This document shows, one piece after another, positions 59,477 to 64,000 of a stretch of DNA of 64,000 nt. The notes under the pieces are model-generated. The model was not told where the DNA came from, ran no database searches, and worked only from the letters and a program-made list of their open reading frames with translations. The stretch's first letter is position 1. Each line of letters begins with the position of its first letter. Origin of the DNA: a candidate division FCPU426 bacterium (GTDB taxonomy: Bacteria > Oederibacteriota > Muellerivitia > Muellerivitales > Muellerivitaceae); contig CAWCKJ010000004.1 in assembly GCA_963796105.1 (NCBI GenBank), positions 896,001-960,000 of the forward strand, given 5' to 3'. Position numbers and translations under genes: made by a program.

Positions 59477-62400
59477 ATGAATTTTAAAATACACTCCAAA
59501 AGAAATATAAAACACCGAAATTGGATCCAAAAAGAAACCATCTTTTCGGTATTTGTTTTTTTATGGATGGGTTACATGATCCCGGTCCATGGCCAAGTCA
59601 TCGGGACCGGGACGGGAATCTGCGCCCAATATTACGCGGGCGAGAATTTCAATACTTTTTACTTCAATGAGACCGACCCGACCATCAACTCCAATTGGCC
59701 GGGGAACGGGGCAGCCCCCTCCAATGGATCGGTCACCATCCCCAACGGCCCCTTTTCAGTCAAGTGGTACGGATCGGTCCAGGCCCAGTATTCGGAACCT
59801 TATACTTTTTGTACCGACACGGACGACGGAGGAAGGCTTTGGGTCAATGGGGTCCAGCTAGTCAACGCTTGGGTGGACCAGGCGGCCACCTCCAATTGTG
59901 GTACCGTCACACTCGTGGCGGGACAATACTACAACATCGAGATGGATTATTACGAGAACGGCACTGGGCCGGCCAGCGCCCAGCTTTTCTGGTCCTCTCC
60001 CAGCACCCCTCAAACCATCATTCCCTCCACCCAGCTTTACTGCTCCTGCCTGCAGACCACCAAAACGGTCAGTCCAGGCGTGGTGGCGGACGGGGGATCT
60101 GTCACCTATATCCTAACGACCAGCAATTGCGGAAGCGCCCTGAGCAACGCCCAGGTTTGGGACACCCTGCCCTCCAATGTCACCTATGGAAGCAGCAATC
60201 CGCCCCCGTCAGTGAATTCCAATCCCTATTTCGTCTGGAACATCGGGTCCATGGCGGCCAGCCAGACCTACTCCGTGACGATCATCGCCACCGTGAACGC
60301 CGGAGTCCCGAACGGGACTTCGGTGACCAACGTGGCCAACGACCTGGCCACCGGCGTGGCGCCCTACCAGTCGGCCCCTGCCGTCTTCCGTGTTTTCAAC
60401 CCAGGCACCGAATTCGTCAAGTCCGCCAATCCCACCATGGTGTCGCCAGGCGGGCCCGTCACCTATAACCTCGTCTTCTTCAACCCAGCCCCGGCTCCCG
60501 TCACGGGATTCGCCCTGCAAGTGGACGACGGAGGACAGGCCTTCGGGGCCTACCGGATGAACACGGACTTCAACATCATCAACAATAGCGGGGCCGCGGT
60601 GAATATCTCCGATTTCACCATCAAGATGTGGATTTCGGACAATATCACTCCCAGTCAATTGGGCGACGGGGTTTATTACGGCGGGGCCGCCACGGATAAC
60701 AGCTGGAACGGTCCGGCGGTGGGAATCACGACCACGGCCCTGTCCTCCCCCATCACTTACCCGGCCAACCGGCAGGCCGCAATGGAAATCGACATTAAGA
60801 CCACCACCGCCGACACCTTGGCCAATGGGGTCACTTGGGGGGGAATCGAGACCTACCTCGCCCCGACCAGCATCCCCCTGCAGAACTATCCCAATTATTA
60901 CAGCCAGGACCCCGGGGCCGCCTACCAGCCGGGCCAGAATTACGGTTATTCCCTTTATTACCAGGGACAGCTGGTTTACGGGACATGCGCGCCCGGATAT
61001 ATCGAGCCCCTGGATCCCATTCCCACGAACGTCACCTATGTGGGAAGCAACCTGGGAGGGGCGGTCAGCAATAACAGCGTGTATTGGATGACCACTTGCC
61101 TTTACGGCCAGCAGTCCGTGACCTACACCTGGTGGGGGACAGTATCCTCGTCCGCCACGGCGGGGCAAATCATTCCCAATCAGGCGACCTTCAATGACGT
61201 CAATGTGGACAACCAGATTCCCCAGGGGCTTTCCAACAACGCCAATGTGACTGTCATCGGAACTCTTACCCCTACACCCACCGGGACAAGATCCCCGACC
61301 CCCACGCCCACGAGAACCCCGACCCCCACGGTGACGCCCACTCCCACCAACACCCCTACCCCGACGCCAACTCCCACGAAAACGAACACACCCACGCCCA
61401 CCCCAACTCCGACTCCCACTCCTACCAACACTCCCACGCCAACCCCGACCAACACGCCTACTCGGACCCCCACTCCTACACCGACGAATACCCCGACGCC
61501 CACCCCGACGAATACGCCTACCCGGACTCCGACTCCCACTCCGACCAATACTCCCACGCCCACCCCCACTCCTACACCGACGAATACCCCGACTCCAACC
61601 CCGACGAATACACCTACCCGGACTCCGACTCCCACTCCGACCAATACTCCCACGCCTACCCCCACCCCCACTCCATCTCCTACGCCGACCAACACGCCCA
61701 CACGGACCCCCACACCCACTCCGACTTCCACCCCAACACCCACGCCAACCCCCACTCCCACGAATACCCCGACCAGAACTCCGACCCCGACTCCGACGAC
61801 TACTCCCACCCCCACCCCAACGCCAAGCCCGACGATGACGCCGACCCGAACTCCCACTCCCACACCCACTACGACCCCTACACCCACGCCGACTCTCACA
61901 CTGACCCCAACACCTACGAACACCCCGACGCCTACGCCGACCAGGACCCCGACGCCTACTCCCACACCCACGCCGACTAATACCCCCACTAACACACCCA
62001 CCCCCACCCCGACAACAACCCCGACACCCACGCCGACCAGGACCCCCACTCCCACACCGACTAACACGCCTACCCCCACTCCTACCACAACCCCCACTCC
62101 GACACCTACCAATACCCCGACGAGGACGCCGACACCCACCCCGACTCATACGCCGACCACCACGCCTACGCCTACTCCGACACCCACACCCACGATCACA
62201 CCCACACCTACCCCCAGCCCGACCGGGACGCAATCGCCCACGAACACGCCGACCGTGACCCCCACCCGAACCCCGACCCCGACTCCGACGAATACCCCTA
62301 CCATCACCCCTACTCCCACGCCGACCAATACTCCCACGCGAACGCCTACGCCAACCCCAACTCCGACCCCAACGACCACGCCTACGAATACGCCAACGAA

Positions 62401-64000
62401 TACGCCCACTCGCACACCCACGAACACGCCTACGCCTACCCCCACGACGACTTCTTCAAATACCGCGACCAACACGCCCACGCGCACGCCGACTCCCACC
62501 CCGACGCCTACCCCCACCACGACCCCTACGCCGACACCCACGAATACACCGACTTTAACCCCGACCCCGACCCGCACCAACACCCCCACAACAACCCCGA
62601 CCCCGACGCCGACAAATACTCCTACTTTGACCCCCACGCCGACTCCCAGCCCGACCGGGACGACCTCGCCCTCGAATACCCCGACCAATAGTCCCACGCG
62701 CACCCCGACTCCCACCCCCACCCCAACACCCACTATCACCCCTACTCCGACGCCCACGAATACCCCGACCTCGACCCCTACTCCGACGCGCACCAGCACT
62801 CCCACTACCACTCCGAGCCCGACCATGACAAATACCCCTACCTTGACCCCGACGCCGACCCCCAGCCCGACGGGAACCACCTCACCCACTAATACGCCGA
62901 CCAACACGTCCACTCGCACGCCGACGCCTACCCCGACCTCGACACCCACCATCACCGTGACTTCCACCCCCACAACCACCCCCACCCTGACTGCCACCCC
63001 GACGATGACGCCGACTCCCACCACAACCACCACTTCGACGCCGACGAATACCCTGACTTTAACGCCCACTTTCACTTCGACGCCCACCCCCACTACGACC
63101 ACCACGTCCACCGCCACGAATACGCCCAGCCTGACACCCACCCAGACGCCGACCCGAACCCCGACCACGACCACCACTTCCACGCCGACACCTTCGCCCA
63201 CCCTGACACCCACCTCGACCGCGACGCCCACACCTACGACTACAGTCACATGGACCCTGACGAATACGGCGACACTCACTCCCACCGCGACCCCGACACC
63301 TACGCCGACCACGACCACCACTTCCACGCCGACACCTTCACCCACGCTGACACCCACTTCAACGCCGACACCCACGCCGACCACCACCGTCACAGCCACA
63401 CTGACGAATACAATGACACTGACTCCCACCTCGACTCCGACTCATACTTCAACCATTACCGTCACCTCCACTTTGACCAATACATCCACCCTGTCCCCCT
63501 CTTCGACCCCGACCCCTACTTCGACCATCACAGTCACGGCAACCCTAACCAACACCCAAACCCTCACCCCCACTTCGACCCCAACCCCCACTTCGACCAT
63601 TACGGTCACGGCCACTTTGACTAATACACAAACGACTACTCCCTCGCCGACTTCCTCTCCTACCCCGACCATCACAGTCACGGCAACCCTAACCAACACG
63701 CAAACCCTCACCCCCACTTCAACCCCGACCCCCACTTCGACCATTACGATCACGGCTACATTGACCAACACGCAAACCACTACCCCTTCGCCGACGCCCA
63801 CGCCCACCTTGACGATCACGGTTACGGCCACCTTGACCAATACCATCACCCTGACTCTGACGGAAACTTCCACCCGCACGGATACCATTACTGTGACAGT
63901 CACGCCCACAAACACCTTGACTATGACTCTGACCGTGACAAATACGAATACCGTGACATACTCGCCGACCCAGACATCGACCCCGACGGTGACAGGCACT
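59477..64000 (+). CDS. Giant surface protein: PA14 + DUF11 + CBM3-like + very long Thr/Pro-rich region (3' truncated; absent from ORF track)
   Basis: Frame read from ATG 59477 stays in register to the window end; FSVKWYG...YTF...[11 protein letters not shown] (PA14); K.VS...VTY...N...DTLP.NVTY (DUF11-like). Confidence 0.85.
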   Translation, partial: MNFKIHSKRNIKHRNWIQKETIFSVFVFLWMGYMIPVHGQVIGTGTGICAQYYAGENFNTFYFNETDPTINSNWPGNGAAPSNGSVTIPNGPFSVKWYGSVQAQYSEPYTFCTDTDDGGRLWVNGVQLVNAWVDQAATSNCGTVTLVAGQYYNIEMDYYENGTGPASAQLFWSSPSTPQTIIPSTQLYCSCLQTTKTVSPGVVADGGSVTYILTTSNCGSALSNAQVWDTLPSNVTYGSSNPPPSVNSNPYFVWNIGSMAASQTYSVTIIATVNAGVPNGTSVTNVANDLATGVAPYQSAPAVFRVFNPGTEFVKSANPTMVSPGGPVTYNLVFFNPAPAPVTGFALQVDDGGQAFGAYRMNTDFNIINNSGAAVNISDFTIKMWISDNITPSQLGDGVYYGGAATDNSWNGPAVGITTTALSSPITYPANRQAAMEIDIKTTTADTLANGVTWGGIETYLAPTSIPLQNYPNYYSQDPGAAYQPGQNYGYSLYYQGQLVYGTCAPGYIEPLDPIPTNVTYVGSNLGGAVSNNSVYWMTTCLYGQQSVTYTWWGTVSSSATAGQIIPNQATFNDVNVDNQIPQGLSNNANVTVIGTLTPTPTGTRSPTPTPTRTPTPTVTPTPTNTPTPTPTPTKTNTPTPTPTPTPTPTNTPTPTPTNTPTRTPTPTPTNTPTPTPTNTPTRTPTPTPTNTPTPTPTPTPTNTPTPTPTNTPTRTPTPTPTNTPTPTPTPTPSPTPTNTPTRTPTPTPTSTPTPTPTPTPTNTPTRTPTPTPTTTPTPTPTPSPTMTPTRTPTPTPTTTPTPTPTLTLTPTPTNTPTPTPTRTPTPTPTPTPTNTPTNTPTPTPTTTPTPTPTRTPTPTPTNTPTPTPTTTPTPTPTNTPTRTPTPTPTHTPTTTPTPTPTPTPTITPTPTPSPTGTQSPTNTPTVTPTRTPTPTPTNTPTITPTPTPTNTPTRTPTPTPTPTPTTTPTNTPTNTPTRTPTNTPTPTPTTTSSNTATNTPTRTPTPTPTPTPTTTPTPTPTNTPTLTPTPTRTNTPTTTPTPTPTNTPTLTPTPTPSPTGTTSPSNTPTNSPTRTPTPTPTPTPTITPTPTPTNTPTSTPTPTRTSTPTTTPSPTMTNTPTLTPTPTPSPTGTTSPTNTPTNTSTRTPTPTPTSTPTITVTSTPTTTPTLTATPTMTPTPTTTTTSTPTNTLTLTPTFTSTPTPTTTTTSTATNTPSLTPTQTPTRTPTTTTTSTPTPSPTLTPTSTATPTPTTTVTWTLTNTATLTPTATPTPTPTTTTTSTPTPSPTLTPTSTPTPTPTTTVTATLTNTMTLTPTSTPTHTSTITVTSTLTNTSTLSPSSTPTPTSTITVTATLTNTQTLTPTSTPTPTSTITVTATLTNTQTTTPSPTSSPTPTITVTATLTNTQTLTPTSTPTPTSTITITATLTNTQTTTPSPTPTPTLTITVTATLTNTITLTLTETSTRTDTITVTVTPTNTLTMTLTVTNTNTVTYSPTQTSTPTVTGT
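61262..64000 (+). repeat. Coding low-complexity (Thr-X)n repeat of about 900 codons
   Basis: ACN at nearly every second codon; antisense VGVGV shadow ORFs. Confidence 0.95.

Noticed and set aside
60209..63999. Minus-strand VGVG-rich and Arg/Gly-rich ORFs
   Set aside because: Antisense shadows of the Thr/Pro repeat gene on the plus strand

Overview
Bacterial chromosomal segment with moderately high but variable GC. Housekeeping genes: recQ, ispH, addB/addA, glpE, pcm, tRNA-Val(CAC) and the squalene genes hpnC-hpnD-hpnE. Around them lies a large cell-envelope region: six GT-C (GT39/ArnT-like) membrane glycosyltransferases, four of them close paralogues with a TPR-like tail; a frameshifted membrane/spermidine-synthase-like fusion; an acylation cluster (SGNH protein, an unannotated 40-aa DltX-like peptide ending FIYVDF, an MBOAT and two NHL+SGNH paralogues); a reduced, degenerate Mrp-like B/C/D module; a GH9 enzyme; and a >1500-aa PA14/DUF11/CBM3-like/Thr-Pro surface protein that runs off the right edge. 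Mobile and repeat DNA: two apparently identical 1301-bp IS3-family copies with 3-bp target duplications, a PIN/RHH toxin-antitoxin pair, a six-copy hairpin repeat family, and palindromic elements inserted in frame in addB and addA. The gene style (GT39 expansion, Thr/Pro-rich proteins with a PYPNP...ANGLYY tail) recalls uncultured lineages such as candidate phylum FCPU426, but this is a tentative impression only. All family calls come from motif recognition by eye; no database searches were run. No CRISPR array, rRNA or reverse transcriptase was seen.
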